This document shows, in pieces, positions 1-12,735 of a stretch of DNA of 64,000 nt. A program made the position numbers and the translations under genes. Each line of letters begins with the position of its first letter. Positions within the stretch are counted from its first letter, which is position 1. Origin of the DNA: Eledone cirrhosa (taxonomy: Eukaryota); the NCBI GenBank assembly GCA_964016885.1, contig OZ024743.1:87668001-87732000 (forward strand). Direction: 5' to 3'. Under the pieces are notes generated by a model. That model was not told the DNA's origin. It made no database searches and worked only from the letters and a program-made list of their open reading frames with translations.

Positions 1-1465
1 TAGGGGTACTGTTGCTTGTGGTATTGTTGGCGGTGGCGGTGTGGTGGAGCCTGTGGTTGAGGGGGGGGGGGGGGGGGGGGGGGTATGGTGTGCTGGGTGA
101 TGTGGCGGTGTAGTGGGGCTTGTGGTTGAGGGAGTGGTGGTGGTGGTGCTTGTGGCTGAGGGAGTGGTGGTGGTGTGGTGGTGTGGCGGTGGTGTAGTGG
201 AGCTTGTGGTTGAGGGGGTGGTGGTGGTGATGCTTGTGGCTGAGGGAGTGGTGGTGGTGTCGTGGTGTGGCGGTGTGGTGGAGCTTGTGGTTGAGGGGGT
301 GGTGGTGGTGGGTGGGAATAGTGGGGGGGGGCTTGTGTTTGAGGGAGTGGTGGTGGTGGATATGGTCGGTCGGGGTGGTGGTGGTGGCGTGTTGGTGGTG
401 TGGTGGTGGTGTGGTGGTGTGGCGGTGGTCTGGTGGTGTTGGTGGGGTGGTGCCTGTGGCTACGGCAGCGGTGGTGTTGGATATGGTGTGTGATGGTGGA
501 TCGGAGTAGCGGTGGTGGCGATGGTGGTGTGGTGGAGCTTGTGGTTGAGTGAGTGATGGTGGTGTGTGATGGTGGCTGGGGGTGGCGGTGTGGTGGTGTT
601 GGGTGGGGGTGAGGACCGGGGGGGGGGTATGGTGAGTTGGAGAACTAAATGAAGCGGAAAGAAAGATAGAAGGAAAGAAAGAAGTAAGGAAAAGAAAAGT
701 GTTGTGAGGTGTTGTGAAGTGTAGTGTGGTAGTTGTCAGGAATTGTGTCAGTAATGGTCTCCCGTAGTGTGTTAGTAGGGGGCAGCACTGGCACAGTCAC
801 CCTCGACGGGGAAGCCATTAAGGTTGGGAGCTCGTTGCGATGATGTGGGTTTGTTACTGTTCATAGTGGTGGTGGTGGTGGTGGTGGTGGTGGTGGTGGT
901 GGTGGCGTTGGTGGAGGTTGTGGTGTTGGTGGTGGTGATGATGACGGCGGTGGTCGTGGTTGTGTTGGTGGTGATGATGGGGGTGGGGTGTTGGTGGTGG
1001 TTGTGGTGGTGGTGGTGGTGGTGGTAGTGGTGGTGGAGGTAGTGGTGGTGGTAGTGGTGGTGGTAGTGGTGACGGTGGTAGTAGTGGTGGTGGTAGTGGT
1101 GGTGGTAGTGGTGACGGTGGTGGTGGTGGTAGTGGTGGTGGTAGTGGTGGTCGTCGTGATGATTGTGATGACGTTGTAGGTGATAGTCGTCGTCGTTGTG
1201 ACGGCAACGGTTGTGGTGGCTGTTGAGGTGGTGGTGGTGGAGGTAGTGGTGGTGGTAGTGGTGACGGTGGTAGTAGTGGTGGTGGTAGTGGTGGTGGTAG
1301 TGGTGGTGGTAGTGGTGACGGTGGTGGTGGTGGTGGCAGTGGTGGTGGTAGTGGTGGTCGTCGTGATGATGGTAATGACGTTGTCGGTGATAGTCGTCGT
1401 CGTTGTGACGGCAACGGTTGTGGTGGCTGTTGAGGTGGTGGTGGTGGTGGTGTTTGTGGTAGTGG
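1..1465. repeat. (GGT)n-rich low-complexity tracts, interrupted by a unique stretch at ~640-870
   Basis: Runs of GGT/GTA/GTC triplets; the poly-V, poly-P and poly-H ORFs here are artefacts. Confidence 0.9.
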
Positions 1466-1565
1466 TTAATAATTATGTAAATTGCAACAATCTATCAGAG
1501 ATGGCTGTGTTAATGGTATTAAATGTACACTTAAAATCAAACTAGTTGCTATTGCATAACATACC

Positions 1566-4086
1566 AGTGATAGACATAGAGTGATAGACATAGAGTGGTA
1601 GACATAGAGTGATAGACAGTGGTAGACAGTGATAGACATAGAGTGGTAGACAGTGGTAGACATAGAGTGATAGACATAGAGTGATAGACATAGAGTGATA
1701 GACATAGAGTGGTAGACATAGAGTGATAGACATAGAGTGATAGACATAGAGTGATAGACATAGAGTGATAGACATAGAGTGATAGACATAGAGTGGTAGA
1801 CATAGAGTGGTAGACATAGAGTGATAGACATAGAGTGGTAGACATAGAGTGGTAGACAGTGGTAGACAGTGATAGACATAGAGTGGTAGACAGTGGTAGA
1901 CATAGAGTGATAGACATAGAGTGATAGACATAGAGTGATAGACATAGAGTGGTAGACATAGAGTGGTAGACATAGAGTGGTAGAGATAGAGTGATAGACA
2001 TAGAGTGGTAGACATAGAGTGGTAGACAGTGGTAGACATAGAGTGATAGACATAGAGTGGTAGACATAGAGTGATAGACATAGAGTGATAGACATAGAGT
2101 GATAGACATAGAGTGGTAGACATAGAGTGATAGACATAGAGTGATAGACATAGAGTGATAGACATAGAGTGGTAGACATAGAGTGATAGACATAGAGTGA
2201 TAGACATAGAGTGATAGACATAGAGTGGTAGACATAGAGTGGTAGACAGTGGTAGACAGTGATAGACATAGAGTGGTAGACAGTGGTAGACATAGAGTGA
2301 TAGACATAGAGTGATAGACATAGAGTGATAGACATAGAGTGGTAGACATAGAGTGATAGACATAGAGTGATAGACATAGAGTGATAGACATAGAGTGGTA
2401 GACATAGAGTGGTAGACATAGAGTGGTAGACAGTGGTATACATAGAGTGGTAGACAGTGGTAGACATAGAGTTGTAGACATAGAGTGATAGACATAGAGT
2501 GATAGACAGAGTGATAGACATAGAGTGGTAGACATAGAGTGATAGACATAGAGTGATAGACATAGAGTGGTAGACATAGAGTGGTAGACATAGAGTGGTA
2601 GACAGTGGTAGACATAGAGTGGTAGACAGTGGTAGACATAGAGTTGTAGACATAGAGTGATAGACATAGAGTGATAGACATAGAGTGATAGACATAGAGT
2701 GGTAGACATAGAGTGATAGACATAGAGTGATAGACATAGAGTGGTAGACATAGAGTGGTAGACATAGAGTGGTAGACAGTGGTAGGCATAGAGTGGTAGA
2801 CAGTGGTAGACATAGAGTTGTAGACATAGAGTGATAGACATAGAGTGATAGACATAGAGTGATAGACATAGAGTGGTAGACATAGAGTGATAGACATAGA
2901 GTGATAGACATAGAGTGGTAGACATAGAGTGGTAGACATAGAGTGGTAGACAGTGGTAGACATAGAGTGGTAGACAGTGGTAGACATAGAGTTGTAGACA
3001 TAGAGTGATAGACATAGAGTGATAGACATAGAGTGATAGACATAGAGTGGTAGACATAGATTGATAGACATAGAGTGATAGACATAGAGTGGTAGACATA
3101 GAGTGGTTGACATAGAGTGGTAGACATAGAGTGGTAGACAGTGGTATACATAGAGTGGTAGACAGTGGTAGACATAGAGTTGTAGACATAGAGTGATAGA
3201 CATAGAGTGATAGACATAGAGTGATAGACATAGAGTGGTAGACATAGAGTGATAGACATAGAGTGATAGACATAGAGTGGTAGACATAGAGTGGTAGACA
3301 TAGAGTGGTAGACAGTGGTAGACATAGAGTGGTAGACAGTGGTAGACATAGAGTTGTAGACATAGAGTGATAGACATAGAGTGATAGACATAGAGTGATA
3401 GACATAGAGTGGTAGACATAGAGTGATAGACATAGAGTGATAGACATAGAGTGGTAGACATAGAGTGGTAGACATAGAGTGGTAGACAGTGGTAGACATA
3501 GAGTGGTAGACAGTGGTAGACATAGAGTTGTAGACATAGAGTGATAGACATAGAGTGATAGACATAGAGTGATAGACATAGAGTGGTAGACATAGAGTGA
3601 TAGACATAGAGTGATAGACATAGAGTGGTAGACATAGAGTGGTAGACATAGAGTGGTAGACATAGAGTGGTAGACATAGAGTGGTAGAGATAGAGTGATA
3701 GACATAGAGTGGTAGACATAGAGTGGTAGACAGTGGTAGACATAGAGTGGTAGACATAGAGTGATAGACATAGAGTGATAGACATAGAGTGGTAGACAGT
3801 GGTAGACAGTGGTAGACATAGAGTGGTAGACATAGAGTGATAGACATAGAGTGGTAGACAGTGGTAGACAGTGGTAGACAGTGGTAGACAGTGATAGACA
3901 TAGAGTGATAGACAGTGGTGGACATAGAGTGGTAGACACTAGTAGACAGTGGTAGACAGGAGAGTGGTAGACAGTTGTAGCAGGGTAGTGGTAGACAGTG
4001 GTAGACATAGAGCAGTAGACAGTGGTAGACAGTGGTAGTCAGTGGTAACAGGACAGTGATAGGAGGACAGTGGTAGACATAGAGTG
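1566..4086. repeat. Minisatellite of 14-bp GTG(A/G)TAGACATAGA and 10-bp GTGGTAGACA units, with a ~174-bp higher-order period
   Basis: Read directly. The variant GTTGTAGA recurs at 2471, 2643, 2817, 2991, 3179, 3353 and 3527. Confidence 0.95.
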
Positions 4087-4189
4087 GCACATTTTTAACT
4101 CTCTCGAAAAGATGGAAATCAAAGTTGACCTCAGTGGGATTTGAATTCATATTGCAGGGAGATGGAACGAACGCCTAAAACTGTGATTA

Positions 4190-4465
4190 TCTATATATCT
4201 AAAACAGAGAATATCTGTCTGTATGTCTGTCTGTATGTCTGTCTGTCTCCCTAAAACTCAAGAACCACCCAACCGATTGTTTTCAAACTTTACACATGTA
4301 ATACTTATGGTCCTGTGAGTGTTTTGAGTAAAACATATTTCAAATTTTCAATGCCCTAGGGACCGCATTAGGCGATTTAGCGATCTCTCGTTTAGATAGA
4401 TGTAACGTTGAGCCCTTATAATATCTGTCTGTATGTCTGATGTCTGCATTACGACATTATGACGC

Positions 4466-4498
<33 letters not shown>

Positions 4499-5050
4499 AT
4501 GTGTGTGTGTGTGTGTGGGGTGGGGGTGGGGGGTGTAGTGTGTGTGTATATATATATATAGTGTGTGACGTTTTTCGAAATATTTACTTCTGTGTTCACA
4601 GATTGATTTTTTTTAGTTTCAGAAGATCCCGTTAAGGGTGAAAGCAGCGATTCTTTGCTTAAACTTTAATCCGTATTTTAATATATATATATATACTCTT
4701 TTACTCTTTTACCTGTTTCAGCCATCCGGCTGAGGCCATGCTGGGGCATATATATATATATATATATATAATTATATAATTATATATATAATTATATATT
4801 CATGTACAGATATTTTTGCATACACAATAACAAAATATAAACAAAAGTATTTATTTCACGATAAATTATTGATTTTCTTCGCACGGAAAAAACCCCTCGT
4901 AATCTACGACGAATGTTTTTTATAAGCACAAAATGTAGACACCATTCCGAGGCCGAGGTATTCCGTACTTCTCTGTACTGTTTCAGAAAGGAGGGATAAA
5001 CATGCCAATCTATGTTTAGAATCCCGAGCAACGTTGGGCCATTCTGCCAA
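4190..5050 (+). mobile_element. Non-autonomous Helitron
   Basis: Begins A|TCTATATATCTAAAA followed by a (TGTC)n tract. The 3' hairpin CCCGAGCAACGTTGGG is followed by a decayed CTAG (CCAA)|T. The sister copy at 47.6 kb has an intact CTAG. Confidence 0.7.
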
Positions 5051-5094
5051 TATCTTTTATATCTAACATTGACCCAAGGCTAACTATTTGGTTG

Positions 5095-5262
5095 AAGGAG
5101 AAAGTTGATTATATCTACCCTAGTACGTAACTGGTACTTTATGTTATGAAGGATGAAAGGCAAAGTTGAAAGCGGCTGGATTTGAACTCTGAACGTAGAC
5201 AGTTGTAGCTAAATACTGCAAAGCACTTTCTCCGATGCTCTACTGATTCTTCCAATCCACCA
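5095..5262 (-). mobile_element. tRNA-derived SINE (diverged)
   Basis: GGATTTGAACTC (B box, reverse strand) and the GGATGAAAGGCAAAGTT body shared with the other copies. Confidence 0.75.
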
Positions 5263-5794
5263 CTCTATTATATCTACTATATTACCAACACTTCCGAACG
5301 TTATAGCACCAGTCGAGACTTTTCAAGCAAATTCTTTCATCTTCTTTCAATAAACCTTATGAAATAAGCTTTCTACTTCTGAGAGCCAAACCTCATTTCT
5401 ATCATGTATTATAACATAGAACATAACGAAGCGTGCTATTTTGTAGATTCTTCACTTTCATATCTTCTCTTTCATTTCTTTCTTTCTATTTCGCAGCTCG
5501 TGGAGGAGCTATTCTCTTTTAAAACTTGCACATGTTTAGACTCTATTGTAGAATAATGTTTCACAATATAATTATTTGTTGTCTTCTTCTAATGTTGGTG
5601 TTTATTGTGGTTTTATGGAAGGTTGTAACTATATAACTAAACTGACTATTTGGCAACTGTTTTACGTGTCCTGTTTCAATGGATGTTCAATATCGACGAG
5701 AGGGATAATTGATTTTACTACATTGGACACTTACCTCTCTTCGTCGTTCTAAAGAAAAAAAAGATCTCTCGTCCAACAGACATAAAAGAAATCC

Positions 5795-5945
5795 CATTAC
5801 CACCACCATCGATACAACCATGACAGCCGCCACCACCGCCACTACCACCACCATCGATACAACCATGACAGCCGCCACCACCGCCACTACCACCACCATC
5901 GATACAACCATGACAGCCGCCACCACCGCCACCGCCATCTCGCCA
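5795..5945. repeat. About 3 copies of a 48-bp tandem repeat
   Basis: CCACCACCATCGATACAACCATGACAGCCGCC... repeated. Confidence 0.85.
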
Positions 5946-6199
5946 CTACCACCACTATCAACCCCATCAAATCAGATTCTTCAGAAAATTAGAAATATAG
6001 AGTTTTGAATTTATTGAATTGTCGGAACTTTATGTTTGAATTGTACTCACAATAACTTCGTTGTTTTTCTTTTTTTCCAGATGTTGCTTTATCCCGTTAG
6101 GTGGCGGTCATTGTCACCCTAAATTCTGAAGGGACAAGACTATCTCTAAACACTGTGACGAAAGAAGAAATTTAAAAACATCATTCTATACAAATGTTG

Positions 6200-6922
6200 C
6201 CTACAGTAGTTGTAACACAATATCAACTAACCCTGTACTAACCAAAGATACCTACGTAGTTAGATAATATCTACTAACTCTGTACTAACTAAAGTTATAT
6301 ACTTAGATAGACAATACCAACCAACCCTATAGTAGCCAAGCTACCCACTTAGGTAAAACCAACTAACCTTGTACTAACCAAGGTCATCTATATAGTTAGA
6401 CAGTATCAACTAACCCCCGAATAAACCAAGGGTACCCACGAAGTTAGACAACCCCAACTAATTCTATATTATGGTTACCTACATAGATGGACAATATCAG
6501 CTAACTCTATATTAACCAACGCTACCCACTCATACACTACCAAACAACCTTGTACTAACCATGGTTATCTATGTAGTTAGAGAGTACCGACTAACCGTGC
6601 ATTAACCAAAGTTATCCATGTATATCAGTGGTTCTTAACCTGGGTGTCAGCACTCTCCAGGGGTGCAAGATTCAGTTATTGGGGGTGCGAGGAGAGGAGA
6701 GGTCCAGAAAAACAACTTTTTTAAAAATTTTACTTCACATCATTCTGTGTTTTGATTGGATATTTTGTTATTTTCAAAAATTTCTATTTATTAACCACAG
6801 TAGTTAATTAATTAACTAACATCTGCTAAGTAGCTGATAATTTGATCTGAAATTTCAAGTTCTTTTGTCTTATGTTAGGAACTACTGTCGTATATAAACA
6901 ACCCCAACTAATTCTATACTAA
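6200..6922. repeat. Degenerate ~48-bp tandem repeat interrupted by a MITE
   Basis: Recurring CAATATCAACTAACCCTGTACTAACCAAAG-like units. Confidence 0.7.
6626..6887. mobile_element. hAT (Charlie-like) MITE
   Basis: TIRs CAGTGGTTCTTAAC / GTTAGGAACTACTG (12/14 match). 8-bp flanks ATGTATAT / TCGTATAT with a central TA. Confidence 0.65.
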
Positions 6923-9900
6923 CTACACCACCACACTACACCACCACACTACACCACAACACTACACCACCACACTACACCACCACACTACACCACAACA
7001 CTACACCACCACACTACACCACCACACTACACCACCACACTACACCACCACACTACACCACCACACTACACCACCACACTACACCACCACACTACACCAC
7101 CACACTACACCAACACATTACACCACAACACTGCACCACCACACTACACCACCACACTACACCACCACACTACACCACCACACTACACCATCACACTACA
7201 CCACCACACTACACCACCACACTACTCCACCACACTACACCACCACACTACACCACCACACTACACCACCACATTACACCACCACATTACACCACCACAC
7301 TACACCAACATATTACACCACCACACTACTCCACCACATTACACCACAACACTACACCACAACACTACACCACCACACTACACCACCACATTACACCACC
7401 ACACTACACCAGCACACTACACCACAACACTACACCACCACATTACACCACCACACTACACCACAACACTACACCACCACACTACACCACCACACTACAC
7501 CACCACACTACACCAACACACTACACCACCACACTACACCACCACACTACACCACCACATTACACCACCACACTACACCACCACATTACACCACCACACT
7601 ACACCACCACACTACACCACCACATTACACCACCACACTACACCACCACATTACACCACCACACTACACCACCACGTTACACCACCACATTACACCACCA
7701 AACTACACCAACACACTACACCAACACACTACACCACCACACTACACCACCACATTACACCACCACACTACACCACCACATTACACCACGACATTACACC
7801 ACCACACTACACCACCACATTACACCACCACACTACACCACCACATTACACCACCACACTACACCACCACACTACACCAACACACTACACCACCATATTA
7901 CACCACCACATTACACCACCACACTACACCACCACATTACACCACCACACTACACCAACACACTACACCACCACACTACACCACCACATTACACCAACAC
8001 ACTACACCAACACACTACACCACCACACTACACCACCACATTACACCACCACACTACACCACCACATTACACCACCACACTACACCACCACATTACACCA
8101 CCACACTACACCACCACATTACACCACCACACTACACCAACACACTACACCACCACACTACACCACCACATTACACCAACACACTACACCAACACACTAC
8201 ACCACCACACTACACCACCACATTACACCACCACACTACACCAGCACACTACACCACCACACTACACCACCACATTACACCACCACACTACACCAACACA
8301 CTACACCACCACACTACACCACCACATTACACCACCACACTACACCACCACATTACACCACCACACTACACCAGCACACTACACCACAACACTACACCAC
8401 CACATTACACCACCACACTACACCACAACACTACACCACCACACTACACCACCACACTACACCACCACACTACACCAACACACTACACCACCACACTACA
8501 CCACCACATTACACCACCACACTACACCACCACGTTACACCACCACATTACACCACCACATTACACCACCAAACTACACCAACACACTACACCAACACAC
8601 TACACCACCACACTACACCACCACATTACACCACCACACTACACCACAACACTACACCACCACACTACACCACCACACTACACCACCACACTACACCACA
8701 ACACTACACCACCACACTACACCACCACACTACACCACCACACTACACCACAAAACTACACCACCACACTACACCACCACACTACACCACCACACTACAC
8801 CACCACATTACACCACGACATTACACCACCACACTACACCACCACATTACACCACCACACTACACCACCACACTACACCACCACATTACACCACCACGTT
8901 ACACCACCACATTACACCACCACACTACACCACCACATTACACCACCACACTACACCACCACGTTACACCACCACACTACACCACCACATTACACCACCA
9001 CACTACACCACCACGTTACACCACCACATTACACCACCACACTACACCAACACACTACACCACCACACTACACCACCACACTACACCACCACACTACACC
9101 ACCACATTACACCACGACATTACACCACCACACTACACCACCACATTACACCACCACACTACACCACCACACTACACCACGACATTACACCACCACACTA
9201 CACCACCACATTACACCACCACACTACACCACCACGTTACACCACCACACTACACCACCACATTACACCACCACACTACACCACCACGTTACACCACCAC
9301 ATTACACCACCAAACTACACCAACACACTACACCACCACACTACACCACCACATTACACCACCACACTACACCACCACATTACACCACCACACTACACCA
9401 ACACACTACACCACCACACTACACCACCACGTTACACCACCACATTACACCACCAAACTACACCAACACACTACACCAACACACTACACCACCACACTAC
9501 ACCACCACATTACACCACCACACTACACCACCACATTACACCACCACACTACACCAACACACTACACCACCACACTACACCACCACGTTACACCACCACA
9601 TTACACCACCAAACTACACCAACACACTACACCAACACACTACACCACCACACTACACCACCACATTACACCACCACACTACACCACCACATTACACCAC
9701 CACACTACACCAACACACTACACCACCACACTACACCACCCCATTACACCACCATACTACACCACCACATTACACCAGCACACTACACCAGCACACTACA
9801 CCACAACACTACACCACCACATTACACCAACACACTACACCACAACACTACACCACCACACTACACCACCACACTACACCACCACACTACTCCACCACAT

Positions 9901-10020
9901 TACACCACGACATTACACCACCACACTACACCACCACATTACACCACCACACTACACCACCACATTACACCACCACACTACACCAACACATTACACCACA
10001 ACACTACGCCCTACACAACA
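6922..10020. repeat. 13-bp minisatellite (CTACACCACCACA)n, ~3.1 kb
   Basis: Read directly; C/T and C/A unit variants are present. Confidence 0.95.
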
Positions 10021-11031
10021 CAAATGTAGTTCCAATATAACTCCTGGAATGAGCCATTTTCCTTAACAATACATCCACCCCCAGGTGTCGGAGAAACAGA
10101 GACACGCCGCTTTTTAAGACGAGAATAGTTTTCAACATACGTCAGAGTGTCACCGCCTGGAATAAAAAAAATAAAATTAGCTATTTTTTATGCATATGTG
10201 TATAAGTGTGAGCATGTGTGTATGTGTGTGCATATGCATACATTTATATGTATGAGTATATAAATATAAACGCGCAAACACAGATACACTTACAAAAATA
10301 CACTCACGGACATGCATTCACACAGATACACATACATTCACAGAAACACATACACACAAATGGAACGTCAGCCGCTCTTCTGCTATAGTTTTACATACAC
10401 ATCACTCAAACACACATTGTGTGATGGACGGAAGTCGCTCAAATTTATATATAGATTCATATGATTGATAAAAATAGCAAGGTAATAAAATTGATTGATA
10501 TTGAATTTGTAATCGATACGTGTACCGTGTCCTGTAAACGGAGTTAAAAGATATCATCTATGGTCGGCTAAAATATAAAATACACTGGTGTAGTAATTTG
10601 ATATATTAAATAAAAAGGAAAAACGGAGATCATGTCGAAACGTGGTAACGAGAAGTTTTACTTGGTTAACTAGAGTAATATTGTAGTACACGTCAATGAC
10701 AAATACACACGACATCTGATAGAAGCTAATTGTTATAAGAGAAGACGATACCCTTTATATTTCCCCATTGAAATTTTATCTGGCGAACAAATGGTCAGTG
10801 AATATTAGTATGTATCTATCTATCTATCTTGATAGAGTAAGACACGCTTCACATCGGCTCCGCTATTCCATCGGGATTTACCCTTACTATTGTAAGTACC
10901 GGATAAATTTTTCAGTGCAACACATTTGGAACACTAACCCCTGTTATTTAGGGAAACATTTTTGCATTTACCCCCTTTTTAGGGGGTAAAATAAATATCT
11001 ATTTTTGCCGAAAAATTTCTTTCTTGGCAGC

Positions 11032-12730
11032 ATGGCGGAAAAGATGGCAGACATGTCTGCCATTAGCTCTGCCACGCCCCCCAAGTCTGAAGAACAAAAA
11101 ATAATTACAACAAAATTAGACAATGAAACAAACAAAGAAAATGAAAAAACAAATGTTAAGGAAAATGAGCAAACGGAAAACAAACAAACAGAAAATAATA
11201 CAAATAACAACAGGGCAACTTTCGCCCAGAAAACAAAACAATCCATTACATACACACCAATTGACCTAACTGCCGCCAGAGAAAAACTGACCGAAGCAAA
11301 GAAACACATTGTTTTGGCGGAGAACGGAATGTTTTCCATTAACTCCCCCCCCCCCCCCAGAATTCAAGAAAGAAAGAACAGAGAACACAGTTCTCTTCAG
11401 AACTATACTGAACCAGACAAGAAAGCCAGCACAGCCCAGCCAAATGGAAATAGAGTTAGTCCTAAAAGACTATATGAAGAATATTCTCTTCATACGAAAG
11501 GACCGACTCTATGGCAGCATTTCGGTCCTAACAAGAGACAAGGAAACGGCGGAGAAGCTTTCCCTAAGCCCACTCTCATCGACAACATACAGCTTCTATC
11601 CCTCCTACATGGGTAGAAGAACACAGAGAGTAAAAGTAAAAACAATGCTGCCCACAATGGACTTCTGGTGGGCTATTGCTGGCTTCATAGACATGGGCGA
11701 AGACACAATGCTGTCAATGGGGAAGGCAACTGGAGATGCGTTCCTGGGAATGGGCCTCGACATACTAGTCCAAATGAGGCCCGAAAGAATAGCACAAATC
11801 CCGGATCGCATCTGGCTGGATGACCTTACCCCAATAGACATAATTGTAGAGGGGAGAAGACCAGCATGCTATTTATGCATGGAAAGGGGACACGTTAAGG
11901 CTAACTGCCCGAAACGTATCCCCCAAAAAGGACTATTGCCCACACCCACCACAAACAGTACACCAACACCACCCACCTCCAAAAATACACTAATACCACA
12001 CACAGCAAACAAAATACAGACACCACCAACCACAAACACAACACAAACATCACCACCACCAGCACCAAACACAAGCACGACACAAAAATCACCACCACCA
12101 ACCACAACACAAACATCACCATCACCAACCACAAGCACGACACAAACATTACCACCACCACCACAAAACCCATTCCAAACAAATAATAAAAAAAACAGTA
12201 ACAAATCTACCCCTCCCACAAAAAAAAAACAACCACACAACACGTCCCTCCCACCTAGCGCTGAAGAGTTTCCCCCAACTTCTGAAGAAGAAGGAGGAGA
12301 AGCCTTCAGACAAGTTAAAAGAAAAAAAAGAAAACACACACCCAGCACACCACAAATAACCCACACACAAACACCAACTCCAATCAAAAACACCCCACCC
12401 TCAACAAACAAAAATAAATCTGCGCCTCCCCTCTCCGAAACATTGACAGCATCACAAAAAAAGACGTTGCAATACACATATATAAATAAAGAAAACAAAA
12501 AACTGGTTAAATTAATAAACAATAACCCTATGGTGCAGACCGAAGGGCCAAACTTTATCTCAACAGAGAACTTCACCCATTTAAAAATGATAAAGGTCCC
12601 TCTGGACCTTTATCGTTCCTTAAAAGAACAATTTAGACGGGACGTGAGCCCCCCCTGTTTAAAACCGTTGAATCGCGTCCTCTTGAAAGATTTCCCCATA
12701 ACCGCCCCTCTCCCTGACACAACAAAATAG
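11032..12730 (+). CDS. LINE ORF1 (gag-like RNA-binding protein), frameshifted near the C14 run at 11345-11358
   Basis: MAEKMADMS... N-terminus joins the frame carrying CYLCMERGHVKANC (CX2CX4HX4C) and a Pro/Thr-rich linker if one C is removed. Confidence 0.8.
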
Positions 12731-12735
12731 ATCAA

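Noticed and set aside
1466-4150. Three 760-890 aa ORFs on the minus strand
   Set aside because: They are translations of a stop-free 14/10-bp minisatellite, open in all three frames.
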